DNA of 64,000 nucleotides from Candidatus Zixiibacteriota bacterium (lineage in GTDB: Bacteria > Zixibacteria > MSB-5A5 > WJJR01 > JAJRUJ01). How positions within the stretch are numbered: position 1 is the first letter of the stretch; the number at the start of each line of letters is the position of its first letter. The position numbers and the translations under genes were made by a program. Below are positions 18,815-28,895 of this stretch, in pieces. The notes under the pieces were generated by a model, which was not told the origin of the DNA, made no database searches, and saw only the letters and a program-made list of their open reading frames with translations. The DNA lies in contig JAGVQM010000019.1 in the NCBI GenBank assembly GCA_020051695.1, positions 15,221 through 79,220 of the forward strand, read 5' to 3'.

Positions 18815-19111
18815 CTACAATTCATTGGCCAGCTCCACGATCCGTTTGTAGGGAATCGCCGTCCAGCTTTCGGCCTGCAGCGCGCCATTGGCCCGGCTGA
18901 TCATCGAGACTTTGGCCGCGATTTCCTCATCGGGCGCCTCATAAATATCCAAAAAATCATAAGGCCCCAACAGCCCGTAATGGGCCAGGAATTTGACCTC
19001 CGGGCATTTTTTCTTGACCTGCTTGAGCCACGCCCGGCCCAGCGACGACCGGCTTTTCACTTGCCGGGTCACTTCGGGCGAAAGCTTGGTCATGAGAATG
19101 AAGGTTTTCAT
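18815..19111 (-). CDS. GYD domain protein
   Basis: 98 aa. 'GPYDFLDIYEAPDEE' GYD-family signature. Confidence 0.65.
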   Translation of the reverse strand: MKTFILMTKLSPEVTRQVKSRSSLGRAWLKQVKKKCPEVKFLAHYGLLGPYDFLDIYEAPDEEIAAKVSMISRANGALQAESWTAIPYKRIVELANEL

Positions 19112-19195
19112 TAGAATCTCCTGCTCTTTGATACGGATGGTCTATTCAAAAACTATTCTCTTCTCCCCCCTGATTAATAAGGAGCGAGCAAAAGG

Positions 19196-19762
19196 CTAAT
19201 TTTTCACAAAGTTAGCATCAGTCAGGTATACGGTGCTCCTAAAAAGCATCTGTATTTTGGCCTCAAATCTCACCGAATCGCCCTTTCGTAATTGCTCAAT
19301 CTCGGCACGCCAAACCTCATCGAATTCAACGGAAATTGTACGTCTATAACGTTCCCACTCGATAGCAACGGATATGGAATTAAAAGGGGTAGTACTCGCA
19401 TCGTAAAACTTGCCTGACCATCTAACCCAACGACCAAGATAGGACTTTTCAATCACTGTTTCAGCCTGCAGAGGAGGAAGATCTTCAAGCGCAGCGAATA
19501 GCTCAGCGGGTGATTTTTCTCTAAGGAATACTCGCTTTGATTCAGCTTCCGGATTTAGTTTCGCATCTGGATTCAAATAGTCTTTATCTATTGGTGTATC
19601 TACTAAATCGGCAGCCTGCTCTTTTTGAACCTCTTGTTGTATCGAGGCTTCATCAGTACTGGGACGAGTGGCAAAAAAAATAATAACGGCGGCGATTAAC
19701 CCAAAAACGCCGGTCACAAAGGCTCCTTGTACGGATGCCTTTTGATACCATTTCTGTGCCAT
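19196..19762 (-). CDS. hypothetical membrane-anchored protein in a low-GC islet
   Basis: Start reassigned to the internal ATG (MAQKWYQK) preceded by an AAAGGA RBS. N-terminal TM (AFVTGVFGLIAAVIIFFA) plus ~130-aa soluble domain. Visibly AT-richer than its neighbours. Confidence 0.5.
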   Translation of the reverse strand: MAQKWYQKASVQGAFVTGVFGLIAAVIIFFATRPSTDEASIQQEVQKEQAADLVDTPIDKDYLNPDAKLNPEAESKRVFLREKSPAELFAALEDLPPLQAETVIEKSYLGRWVRWSGKFYDASTTPFNSISVAIEWERYRRTISVEFDEVWRAEIEQLRKGDSVRFEAKIQMLFRSTVYLTDANFVKN

Positions 19763-19911
19763 ATTAATCCTTTTGGCGATTTTCCAAAGCCACCTACAGC
19801 AGATTATGAAAGACTTTGCCGTTGTGTCAATCACCAAATCGCGGTCATTCGGTGTCAAATCCGGCTTTAGTGGCTGGAACTCGCCCGCATTTATTGCTAT
19901 CATTGCCCGCT

Positions 19912-20379
19912 ATGGCCTTGGATATGACAATGGGTAGCGACCAGAGGCAATCATTCACCCAAACCCTCGGCACGGGCCTCCATAAGGGCCTCGGTTCCTA
20001 CTGGATGCTCTGCAAAGTGATGATTCCGGTTTTCGTGATTATGACTGTCCTGGCGCACACGCCGGTGCTGCCGTGGGTCGCCGAGGCCTGCGCGCCGTTT
20101 ATGAAATACTGGGGACTGCCCGGGGGCGCGGCAATGGCCCTGATATTGGGCATGACCATCAATATTTATGCTTCTATCGCCGCGACCATCGCGTTGAACC
20201 TCACCCCGGCGCAGATGACCATCGTCGGTGTCATTATTCTGGTGTCCCACAACAATATCATGGAAGCCGCCATTTTGCGCAAAACCGGTGCGCCGATCGG
20301 CTTTCTGGTGCCTCTGCGGATCATTGGGTCACTGGTATTGGGTTGGCTGGTGGCCCTGGCGTACGGGATGGCGGGGTGA
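19912..20379 (+). CDS. nucleoside-recognition (Gate) domain membrane protein, SpmA-like
   Basis: Hydrophobic protein similar to the SpmA/FeoB-gate family. Start uncertain (ORF opens at 19816). Confidence 0.5.
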   Translation: MALDMTMGSDQRQSFTQTLGTGLHKGLGSYWMLCKVMIPVFVIMTVLAHTPVLPWVAEACAPFMKYWGLPGGAAMALILGMTINIYASIAATIALNLTPAQMTIVGVIILVSHNNIMEAAILRKTGAPIGFLVPLRIIGSLVLGWLVALAYGMAG

Positions 20380-20382
20380 GCG

Positions 20383-20868
20383 ATGGAAATCCTGGCGACA
20401 ACTGATTTCTGGGTCACGATGCTGTGGGATTTGTTTCACTTGTTGCGCAAGGTATTTCTGGTCCTGATGCCGATTGTGATTGTCCTGGAGTTTTTGCGCT
20501 CGACAACGGTTTTTGCCGCACTCATCGACCGCCTGCACCGCTGGGGTCGGGTATTCGGTTACCAGAAAGAATCAATGTCGCCATTAATCACCGGGATTGT
20601 CTTCGGCATTGTCCTGGGGGCGGGGATCCTGATCGCCGAGTCCAGAACCCGCAAGCTCTCCCGGCAACAAACATTGTTAATCGGCACGTTCCTCAGTATT
20701 TGTCACGCGATTTTCGAGGATACGCTGGTGTTTATGGTCGTCGGGGCCAACGGGCTGGTGCTGCTGGGCAGCCGTTTCTCGGCGGCATTGCTGGTGGTAT
20801 TTTTCCTGTCATGGTATCTGCGCGCGGGTTTGTGGCCGCGCACAAAGACTGCTCCGGTCCCGCAATAA
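20383..20868 (+). CDS. nucleoside-recognition domain membrane protein, SpmB-like
   Basis: Second-half partner immediately downstream (4-nt gap) of the SpmA-like gene. Confidence 0.5.
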   Translation: MEILATTDFWVTMLWDLFHLLRKVFLVLMPIVIVLEFLRSTTVFAALIDRLHRWGRVFGYQKESMSPLITGIVFGIVLGAGILIAESRTRKLSRQQTLLIGTFLSICHAIFEDTLVFMVVGANGLVLLGSRFSAALLVVFFLSWYLRAGLWPRTKTAPVPQ

Positions 20869-20988
20869 CCGGCAGCTTTCCAGATTAATCTGATATGCGG
20901 TTTCCTGCCGGGGACATATATTTTCCGGGTGCTCCGCATCGGCCGGTATGCGGAGGAACACAACTGGAGAAAATCTCCGGCGGGCGCA

Positions 20989-22371
20989 ATGAGCGAGCAC
21001 AACGACAAAACAACCGCCGCGCTGAATAGTACCGAGTACATCCTCAGCGGGAACCCCTACCGCACAATCATCCGACTGGCCTGGCCGGCGATCATGTCGA
21101 TGATGTCGCACACGCTGCTGACGATCACCGACGCCGCGTGGGTTGGGCGGCTAGGGGCCACGCCGATGGCCGCGGTGATCTCCAGTATGTTCGTCATCTG
21201 GATGATCTGGTCGCTGGCCGAGGTGATCACCTCGGGCGCGGTGGCCCTGGTTTCGCGCAAACTGGGCGCCAAAGACACGGCGGCGGCCGGGCATATCGCC
21301 GACCATACGTTTCGTTTTTCGATCTGGTTTTCTCTGGTGTTCACCGTCGTTGGCGTAGCATTCAGTCCGTGGGCCTTTGAGGTCATGGGCAGCGCGCCGG
21401 ATGTTCGAGATATCGGCATTGTCTACCTGCGCGTTTTTTTCTGTTCAGGTCCGCTTTTGATCGGCGGGCAGCTTTTCAACGCGTTGTACCGGGCTTCGGG
21501 TGATACAAAGACGCCGTTTTTGGTGAATATCTTCAGTAACGCACTAAACCTGGTGCTCAACCCGCTTCTGATTTTCGGAGTCGGACCGTTCCCGGAATTA
21601 GGTCCCGCAGGTTCCGCGTTAGCCACAGTATTGTCCTATGGCTTTGCGTTTGCCGCCTATTTCGTCGCTTTTCGACGGCGGCCGCTCCCCTTTGATTTTT
21701 CCCGCCATTATTTTGTCAAGCCGGACTGGGATATTGTGCGGCGGACGGTAAAAGTCGGTCTGCCGCTGTCTACGTCGGGAATCATTTTCGCCGTCGTGTA
21801 TCTTTTCATCAACCGCGTGACCGCCTCATTCGGCACGGAAGCGGTAGCCGCCCTCGGCGTGGGGAATCGGATTGAATCGATTAATTTTCTGATCGCCTTC
21901 GGCTTTTCGATGGCCGTCGCTACGCTGGTCGGCCAAAACCTCGGGGCCAAAAATGCCCGGCGCGCCGAAGCGCTCGCCTTTAAGACCGTCTGGCTGATCT
22001 CGGGTTTTTGCGGCGTGACCTCGGTGTTGTTTTTTATTTTTGCCCTGCCCGTCGCCAAGTTTTTTAACGCCGACCCGGCCGTCTGGCCCTATTGTGTCAG
22101 TTACCTGCAAATCCTGGCCCTGTCCCAGGTCCTGATGGGTTGGGAAATCGTCTTCGAGGGCGCCTTTGCCGGAGCCGGTGACACGCTCCCGCCGATGATT
22201 GTCTCCATCGTCGGGTCGGTCGCGCGCATCCCCCTGGCTTATGCCCTGGCCTTGTGGCTGGGCTGGGGTGTGGCCGGGATCTGGTGGACAATAACGCTGA
22301 CCACGATCGTCAAGGCAATTGTCCTGCTGATCTGGTTCCGGCTGGGCCGGTGGAAGAGTAAGGAAGTGTAA
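20989..22371 (+). CDS. MATE family efflux transporter
   Basis: 12-TM protein with 'RLAWPAIMSMM' N-terminal MATE signature and duplicated halves. Start chosen at MSEHNDK. Confidence 0.8.
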   Translation: MSEHNDKTTAALNSTEYILSGNPYRTIIRLAWPAIMSMMSHTLLTITDAAWVGRLGATPMAAVISSMFVIWMIWSLAEVITSGAVALVSRKLGAKDTAAAGHIADHTFRFSIWFSLVFTVVGVAFSPWAFEVMGSAPDVRDIGIVYLRVFFCSGPLLIGGQLFNALYRASGDTKTPFLVNIFSNALNLVLNPLLIFGVGPFPELGPAGSALATVLSYGFAFAAYFVAFRRRPLPFDFSRHYFVKPDWDIVRRTVKVGLPLSTSGIIFAVVYLFINRVTASFGTEAVAALGVGNRIESINFLIAFGFSMAVATLVGQNLGAKNARRAEALAFKTVWLISGFCGVTSVLFFIFALPVAKFFNADPAVWPYCVSYLQILALSQVLMGWEIVFEGAFAGAGDTLPPMIVSIVGSVARIPLAYALALWLGWGVAGIWWTITLTTIVKAIVLLIWFRLGRWKSKEV

Positions 22372-22496
22372 AAACCGGTCCGGCCCGGCAAATCAAGCGT
22401 TGACCTGCACTGCCGAAATATATAACTACTGCCTGGGGCCGACAACAGGAGAACAGGCGGACGAAGTCAAGCGTTGAGGGGAAAGGGTACGGTCCG

Positions 22497-23453
22497 ATGG
22501 CTACCGGTTGGGTATATGATGAGGTGTTTTTGAAGCACGATACCGGGCTCCGACATCCGGAATCGGCGCAACGGCTGCAGGCCATCGCCGCACACCTGAA
22601 ACAAACGGGACTGGCGGCACGATTGACCCCGATCCCGGCCCGGCCCGTGGAAAAACACGAAGTTATTCGCGTGCATTTCGCCTCACACTGGGACCGTCTG
22701 GAAAAAGTATGCCGTGACGGCGGCGGGTTTCTGGACGGCGATACGCCAGTGTCGGCCGGTTCATGGGAGGCGGCAATCACCGCCGCCGGCGGGACAATTG
22801 CTGCGGTCGATGCGGTAATGCAGGGAACGGTAACCAATGCCTTCGCCTGTGTCCGCCCGCCGGGCCACCATGCCGAACCGGAAATGGCCATGGGGTTCTG
22901 CCTGTTCAACAATATCGCTATCGCTGCCCGACACTTGCTCGACCAGTGCGGCCTGGAACGTGTGTTGATTGTCGACTGGGACGCGCACCATGGCAACGGA
23001 ACGCAGTATGCATTTTACGAAAATCCGCAGGTCTTTTATTTTTCCATCCATCAATTTCCCTTCTATCCCGGCGAGGGAGCCGCCACCGAGACCGGGCGCG
23101 GCGCCGGCGAAGGGTTTACCATGAATGTGCCGATCCCCGGCGGTTCCGGGGACGCCGAATTCCTTACCGGGCTAATCAACGGGTTACTCCCGGCAATGGA
23201 GAGTTTTCGGCCGCAATTCGTGCTGCTTTCGGCCGGTTTCGATGCCCATCGCAATGACCCGATGACGGGTTTGGCGGTGACCGACCAGGGATTTATCAAG
23301 GCCGGCTTGATTATCAAAAGTCTGGCCGACCGCCACTGCGGCGGCAGATGGGTCTCGGTCCTTGAGGGCGGATACAACGAAAGCTCCCTGACCACTGGCG
23401 TGGCCAACCTGCTGCGCATCAAGCTGGGGGATATCACCGAACATGAGGGATGA
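22497..23453 (+). CDS. histone deacetylase-family amidohydrolase (AcuC/HDAC-like)
   Basis: 'DWDAHHGNGTQ' and 'GGGFLDGDT' HDAC-family zinc/active-site motifs. Confidence 0.85.
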   Translation: MATGWVYDEVFLKHDTGLRHPESAQRLQAIAAHLKQTGLAARLTPIPARPVEKHEVIRVHFASHWDRLEKVCRDGGGFLDGDTPVSAGSWEAAITAAGGTIAAVDAVMQGTVTNAFACVRPPGHHAEPEMAMGFCLFNNIAIAARHLLDQCGLERVLIVDWDAHHGNGTQYAFYENPQVFYFSIHQFPFYPGEGAATETGRGAGEGFTMNVPIPGGSGDAEFLTGLINGLLPAMESFRPQFVLLSAGFDAHRNDPMTGLAVTDQGFIKAGLIIKSLADRHCGGRWVSVLEGGYNESSLTTGVANLLRIKLGDITEHEG

Positions 23454-23456
23454 TGC

Positions 23457-24242
23457 ATGCCACGCTATGTCCGCGTTGCCGTGGAAAACCAACCTGTCTG
23501 GGGCAGATTACATCATCACACAATTGAAATCCTGAACCGCGCGCCATACGCTGACGGGCAACCCACCGGGACGACTCTGGCGCTCGAGCAAACCAGACTG
23601 CTCGCGCCGGTATGTCCATCCAAGATCATCTGCGTCGGGCTTAACTACGCGCTCCATGTCAAAGAAAGCCAGTCGGCGACGCACATCCCTGAACAACCGG
23701 TATTGTTCATGAAACCACCCACGGCGGTGATCGGGCCGGACGACAGCATTGTATATCCCCCGTCCTCGGCGCGGGTCGATTACGAGGCGGAACTGGCCGT
23801 GGTGATCGGCAAAACCACCCGGCACGTCGCCGAAGCCGACGCCGAGAAATATATCTTCGGGTATACGTGCGTGAATGACGTCACCGCCCGCGACCTGCAG
23901 AAAAAGGACGGTCAGTGGACGCGGGGCAAGGGATTTGATACGTTCTGCCCGGTCGGCCCCTGGATCGAGACCGAGCTTGATTACCGCAATACCACCGTCG
24001 AATCGTACCTCAACGGAGCGCGCAAACAATCGGGCAATACCGCCGACATGCTGTTCCCGGTGCCGTTTTTGGTGTCATATATCAGCGAGATCATGACCCT
24101 GTTGCCCGGCGATGTCATCTCCACCGGCACGCCGGAAGGCATCGCCCCCATGCAGCCGGGGGATACGATTGAGATTCGGGTCTCGGGGATCGGGTCGCTG
24201 GTGAATCGGGTTGTTACCGCGAAACCGGGTTGCTGCGGGTGA
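23457..24242 (+). CDS. fumarylacetoacetate hydrolase (FAH) family protein
   Basis: 'EAELAVVIGK...GYTCVNDVTARD...KGFDTFCPVGPW' FAH-family signature. Confidence 0.8.
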   Translation: MPRYVRVAVENQPVWGRLHHHTIEILNRAPYADGQPTGTTLALEQTRLLAPVCPSKIICVGLNYALHVKESQSATHIPEQPVLFMKPPTAVIGPDDSIVYPPSSARVDYEAELAVVIGKTTRHVAEADAEKYIFGYTCVNDVTARDLQKKDGQWTRGKGFDTFCPVGPWIETELDYRNTTVESYLNGARKQSGNTADMLFPVPFLVSYISEIMTLLPGDVISTGTPEGIAPMQPGDTIEIRVSGIGSLVNRVVTAKPGCCG

Positions 24243-24255
24243 CGTACAATTACTG

Positions 24256-24972
24256 ATGAACGCACAAATCCTGATTAAAACAACCGGCCTCTGCCGACAT
24301 TATCGGCGGGGACCGCAGGAAATCCGCGCAGTGGATGATGTGAATCTGTCCATTCCAAGGGGAGAATTCCTGGGTATCGTTGGAGCGTCAGGGTCGGGTA
24401 AATCGACACTCCTGAATTTGCTCGCCGGTCTGGACACACCGACCTCCGGTACAATCAACATTGACGGCAGCGCATTGAGCGCCCTGAACCGTCGGCAGCT
24501 GTCCACTCATCGCGCGCGGTGCGTGGGTATGGTGTTTCAATCGTTTAATCTGATTTCGCATCGTACAGCCCTGCAAAATGTCGAACTGGCGTTGTACTTT
24601 AATGACACTCCGCTCGGTGAGCGCACAGGCCGGGCAACGGACATTCTGCAACGCCTGGGATTGGGCGACCGACTGAACCACCGACCGGCCGATTTGTCCG
24701 GTGGTGAACAGCAGCGCGTGGCCTTGGCGCGGGCGCTGGTCAAACGGCCTGAAATCCTGATGGCAGACGAACCGACCGGGAACCTGGATGAAATGAATAC
24801 CCGGCACATCGCCGCGATGCTTGCCGAATTGAATCGCGAGGGTCTTACGGTGCTCATGGCGACTCATGATACTGCGCTGGCCCGCGAATGCGCACGGCGG
24901 GTAATCAGGATGAGCTACGGGCGGCTAGTCAATGAAGAGGATGTCCGGGCCACCGGAGGAGTGACATCATGA
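24256..24972 (+). CDS. ABC transporter ATP-binding protein (MacB/LolD-type)
   Basis: Walker A 'GASGSGKST', signature 'LSGGEQQRVALARAL', Walker B 'ILMADEPTGNLD'. ATG at 24256 chosen to avoid overlap with the upstream gene. Confidence 0.85.
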   Translation: MNAQILIKTTGLCRHYRRGPQEIRAVDDVNLSIPRGEFLGIVGASGSGKSTLLNLLAGLDTPTSGTINIDGSALSALNRRQLSTHRARCVGMVFQSFNLISHRTALQNVELALYFNDTPLGERTGRATDILQRLGLGDRLNHRPADLSGGEQQRVALARALVKRPEILMADEPTGNLDEMNTRHIAAMLAELNREGLTVLMATHDTALARECARRVIRMSYGRLVNEEDVRATGGVTS

Positions 24973-26432
24973 CTCTGCCCGACCTGGCCGAAATCTCAAT
25001 CGGCAATCTGTGGCGGATGAAGCTGCGGTCGTTCCTCACCATTTCCGGGGTCGTGATTGCCATCGCGGCGTTCGTGGCGATGCTGTCGTTCGGGGCGGGA
25101 AACCAGAAATATGTTACGCGCCAGTTTAACGCACTTGGCTTGCTGCATACAATGCAAGTCTACCCGGCGCGTGCGGAAGGATTGGCGGATTCTGTTAAAA
25201 TCCCGGCGCTCAATTCGGCAATGGTGGCCAAACTGGCCGGACTGCCCGGCGTAAATCTAGCCTATGCATTTGATGTATTCCGTGTTTCGGCCCAGATCGC
25301 CGATACCATCATCGGCACCGAAGCCCAGGCCCTGCCCGCAGCGGCGGCGCGAACCAAAATATTTTCGCAGTTGCTGGCCGGTGCCCTGTTTACCGGAGAC
25401 AGCGCCAAGGAAGCAGTGGTCACCAGCCAGTTTTTGGACTCGTTACATATCACCGACCCCGATTCATTAATCGGCCAACGCCTGGTGATCTCGGTCCGGG
25501 CAGCAAGCATCGACAGCGGTATGGCCGCGGTCCTGCGGGGCGGTATGAACACGATCCACGAACGCATCCGGCAGGTACGGTTTGATTCATTGGTCAATCA
25601 GGACTATCTCTGGGCCCTGGCCCGCCGGGAACTCAACGATGCAATGAAACGATTCGTAGACGGTTATCTTAACTCGCGGGCGACGATCGCCGATACGCTT
25701 ACCATTTGCGGCGTGCTCAAATCCGCCGAGCAGGGACGATTGCGTGTCGGGCCTCTCATCATTCCCCTGGCCACCGCCGCACGCTTCAGCGCCGCCGGTC
25801 CCGGCGAAAACCCGGTCGATTTATTTTCCTCACTGCAAAGTGGCGGATTATTCCTTGCCGACGACCCTGGTTCAGCACGAAGTTTCAGCAAAGTCACACT
25901 CGATCTGGAACCCCAGGCCGCATACACGGCAATTCGCGACACCGTTGAGACGCTCGGTTTTCGGACGTTCAGCTTTATGGAACAATTCGAGGAGATCAAG
26001 GAATTTTTTGTCTATTTCGATTTGGGATTGGGCATCGTCGGACTGATTGCTTTGGTCACTGCCTCGCTGGGTATCATCAACACCATGGTGATGTCGATCC
26101 TCGAACGCACGCGGGAGATCGGCGTGCTCAAATCTCTCGGGGCGGATGATCGCGATATCCGCAACCTTTTTTTAGTGGAATCGGGAACGATTGGCCTGAT
26201 CGGCGCTTCCTGCGGGATCATTTTCGGCTGGTTGATTACTCGGTTGGTCTCAACGATAGCGCAGACAATTATGGTCCGACAAGGCCTTGATGAAATCGAA
26301 TTGTTCGCCCTGCCACTCTGGCTGGTTTTGATCGCATTGTCATTTGGGTTGATCGTCAGCCTGCTGGCCGGGGCCTATCCGGCCCGGCGCGCAGCCCGCG
26401 TCGATCCCGTGAAAGCTCTGCGCAGCGATTAA
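24969..26432 (+). CDS. ABC transporter permease, FtsX/MacB-like
   Basis: N-terminal TM, large periplasmic domain, C-terminal 3-4 TM FtsX-like domain. 4-nt overlap with the ATPase gene. Confidence 0.75.
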   Translation: MTLPDLAEISIGNLWRMKLRSFLTISGVVIAIAAFVAMLSFGAGNQKYVTRQFNALGLLHTMQVYPARAEGLADSVKIPALNSAMVAKLAGLPGVNLAYAFDVFRVSAQIADTIIGTEAQALPAAAARTKIFSQLLAGALFTGDSAKEAVVTSQFLDSLHITDPDSLIGQRLVISVRAASIDSGMAAVLRGGMNTIHERIRQVRFDSLVNQDYLWALARRELNDAMKRFVDGYLNSRATIADTLTICGVLKSAEQGRLRVGPLIIPLATAARFSAAGPGENPVDLFSSLQSGGLFLADDPGSARSFSKVTLDLEPQAAYTAIRDTVETLGFRTFSFMEQFEEIKEFFVYFDLGLGIVGLIALVTASLGIINTMVMSILERTREIGVLKSLGADDRDIRNLFLVESGTIGLIGASCGIIFGWLITRLVSTIAQTIMVRQGLDEIELFALPLWLVLIALSFGLIVSLLAGAYPARRAARVDPVKALRSD

Positions 26433-26453
26433 TACACGTGATTGTCTCGCGTC

Positions 26454-28754
26454 CTACCACGCCGCTTTCCACGATAACATTGCCCAGGCTGCCAGATACA
26501 ACGCTGCGGCGATCAGCAACGCGGCGGTGAAGCCCCAGGCGAAGGCGACCAGCAAAATCAATGTCGCCCCCAGCACGGATGCCGCGCCGTTGATTGCAAA
26601 TCCCCAGTCGATCAGTGTCCCCACCCGCAACGCCGCCTTGGGGAACGGCATGCCCATAAAAAAGCCCAGCGGGGAGATCAACAACGCGCTGATCAGGATG
26701 CGCGCGGTAATCGGCAGCATGGTCAGTTCCTGGAACAATCGAGGAAAAATGAAAATGTCCAACAACAACCAGGCCATGATACTGACAAAGGCCGTGCGGT
26801 CGCGGACTTTTGCCGAAAACCGGCTGCCGATGCCGGAGGAAACCAGCAGAGTCAGGAGAATCACCGCAATGCTGTACACCGCCGGTCCGACAAACAGCGT
26901 GTATTTCTGGATCAGGATTACCTCAACGGCCATAAACGCCAGACCGATGATGAAAAAATACAACCAGGGGAGGGCACGGAGTTTTTCGCGTTTCCCGAGA
27001 TACGGCACCAAATTGATCGGGATAACCAGCACGATGACAATCACGGCAATGATGACGATAATCATTTTGGAAACCGGAAAACCGAGGAAATCATACGGGC
27101 GCAGGCCGTTCAGTTTATCCCAGGAAAAATTCTTCCACAACCCCAGTTGCGCGGTAAAAGGACGGTCGTCGGTGCACGGGGAAATGTCGATCGTGGCCGA
27201 GTCGGCGGCCGCAGTCCAGCCGTTCGCGACAATTTGATTGATGATATTGCCCTGCAGCGAATCTGCTGCCGGGTACAGCAAATAACAGTAGCTTTGTTCC
27301 TCCGGCGCATGCTGCCCGAAAGCGTTACGGCGGATTTCGTCAGTCAGCGGCTTTTTGGACAACAGGATCATATTGCGCCGCATGTTGGGCAGGTTATACA
27401 CGGAAAAGTGCGCGGCGGGGTGGGCCACACCGGCAGCTTCCAGTCCGTGGATCAACTCGCTGACCAGGCGCGGCATATAAAACTGATGTTCCATCATCAT
27501 GAACCCGCTGTCGGACAGGGCCGTCCAGTAATCGCGAAAGGCCTCGGTGGTAAATAAATAATTCTCTGCCAGGGCAAACGACCCCGAGGCCAGCGCCGCC
27601 CACGAATTCGAACTGAGGGAGTAAATGACATCAAACGCGCCGGTGAACCGGCTGACATAGATCCGGGCATCTTCGGTAACGACCTTGACGCGGGGATCAT
27701 GGTAGATCCCGCCGGAGAACTCGGCCAGCGTGGTGAAATGTCCCAGGGAATCCGCTCCCGCCGAATCGGGGGGGAACGGCAGGTACCCGCCGGGGTCGCC
27801 CACGGTCATCATGAAATTGATATGCGGGTTGACCTCCACGGCATGAATTTCGGCCGCGCCATATTGCAACGCCTGCAGCACATCGACACCACCCCCTGCC
27901 CCCAATGAAAGGAAGGTACAGGAATCAAAACGCCCGATCAAATTGGAAACATCGATGCCGAACTCGTACAGCATCGAATCCGGTTTATCCCAGTTGCCGT
28001 CGAAACCATACACCGGAGAATTGGCCGCGTTATCGATGTTGATTCCACGATAGGTTTCATCGTAACCATAGAGTTTAATCTTGGACATCGCATCCCAATG
28101 CTTGTAAATGACCGGGCCGTGCTCGGGACGATCGACTTCCAGCATGCCGACAGCATAATTGCCGAGGACAAGCGCCGCCGCTGCCAGGGCCAGGGGGAGG
28201 ATTCTAGACCAGCGCCGACAGGCAATGAACGCCGCCGTTAGGACCGGCAAAGAACACCAGAAGACCGTGGCCGGGGTGCCGATCGCGTTCATCAGGTAGA
28301 TCGCCACGAACACGCCGGCCCCCGCGCCAAGCAGGTCGGCCATATATAGTCGCGGCACATTTTGATGGTCCTGCTTAAACAGCAGCGCCAGGACCATCCC
28401 GGCACAGAAAAACGGCGCACCCAGCAGGACAATGGCCCCGATCAGCTTTCCGATCATTGCGGCACTGGTGAACACCCGCGCAAAGTCCGGTCCGAGCTGG
28501 AAGACCAGTGGCGGGCCGGCCAGGGCGAACAGACCGGTCAGCGCCAAATATCCGCCGACACTGCGCAGCCGGTTCAATCCCGGGACCAGCCGCAACGAAA
28601 GTGCCCCCAGACCCAGGCCCATGACCGCCAATGACAGAACCAAAAAGGCAAAACTATAGAAAAATTCGGCGGAAAAAATTCTGGTCCAGACAACTTCCAA
28701 TGCAATTATCGAAACAGACAACAGGGCAATGATGACATACTTGCGGTTTCCCAT
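26454..28754 (-). CDS. polytopic membrane protein with embedded spermidine-synthase-like (aminopropyltransferase-fold) domain
   Basis: 766 aa. Many TM helices at both ends. Central 'FLSLGAGGGVDV...DPRVKVVTEDARIYV' matches the SAM-MTase-like spermidine synthase fold. Confidence 0.55.
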   Translation of the reverse strand: MGNRKYVIIALLSVSIIALEVVWTRIFSAEFFYSFAFLVLSLAVMGLGLGALSLRLVPGLNRLRSVGGYLALTGLFALAGPPLVFQLGPDFARVFTSAAMIGKLIGAIVLLGAPFFCAGMVLALLFKQDHQNVPRLYMADLLGAGAGVFVAIYLMNAIGTPATVFWCSLPVLTAAFIACRRWSRILPLALAAAALVLGNYAVGMLEVDRPEHGPVIYKHWDAMSKIKLYGYDETYRGINIDNAANSPVYGFDGNWDKPDSMLYEFGIDVSNLIGRFDSCTFLSLGAGGGVDVLQALQYGAAEIHAVEVNPHINFMMTVGDPGGYLPFPPDSAGADSLGHFTTLAEFSGGIYHDPRVKVVTEDARIYVSRFTGAFDVIYSLSSNSWAALASGSFALAENYLFTTEAFRDYWTALSDSGFMMMEHQFYMPRLVSELIHGLEAAGVAHPAAHFSVYNLPNMRRNMILLSKKPLTDEIRRNAFGQHAPEEQSYCYLLYPAADSLQGNIINQIVANGWTAAADSATIDISPCTDDRPFTAQLGLWKNFSWDKLNGLRPYDFLGFPVSKMIIVIIAVIVIVLVIPINLVPYLGKREKLRALPWLYFFIIGLAFMAVEVILIQKYTLFVGPAVYSIAVILLTLLVSSGIGSRFSAKVRDRTAFVSIMAWLLLDIFIFPRLFQELTMLPITARILISALLISPLGFFMGMPFPKAALRVGTLIDWGFAINGAASVLGATLILLVAFAWGFTAALLIAAALYLAAWAMLSWKAAW

Positions 28755-28895
28755 GTTTGATCCTTTCGGGCCGAATATAACGGTACACTCTTTCCCATAA
28801 GGTGCTCGTCTATCCGTACTCCTCCAGGCACCAGCTTAATCAACGGTATCCAGCGCATTAAGTTGCGCCCATGAAACAGTATTGACAAGCGGGGG

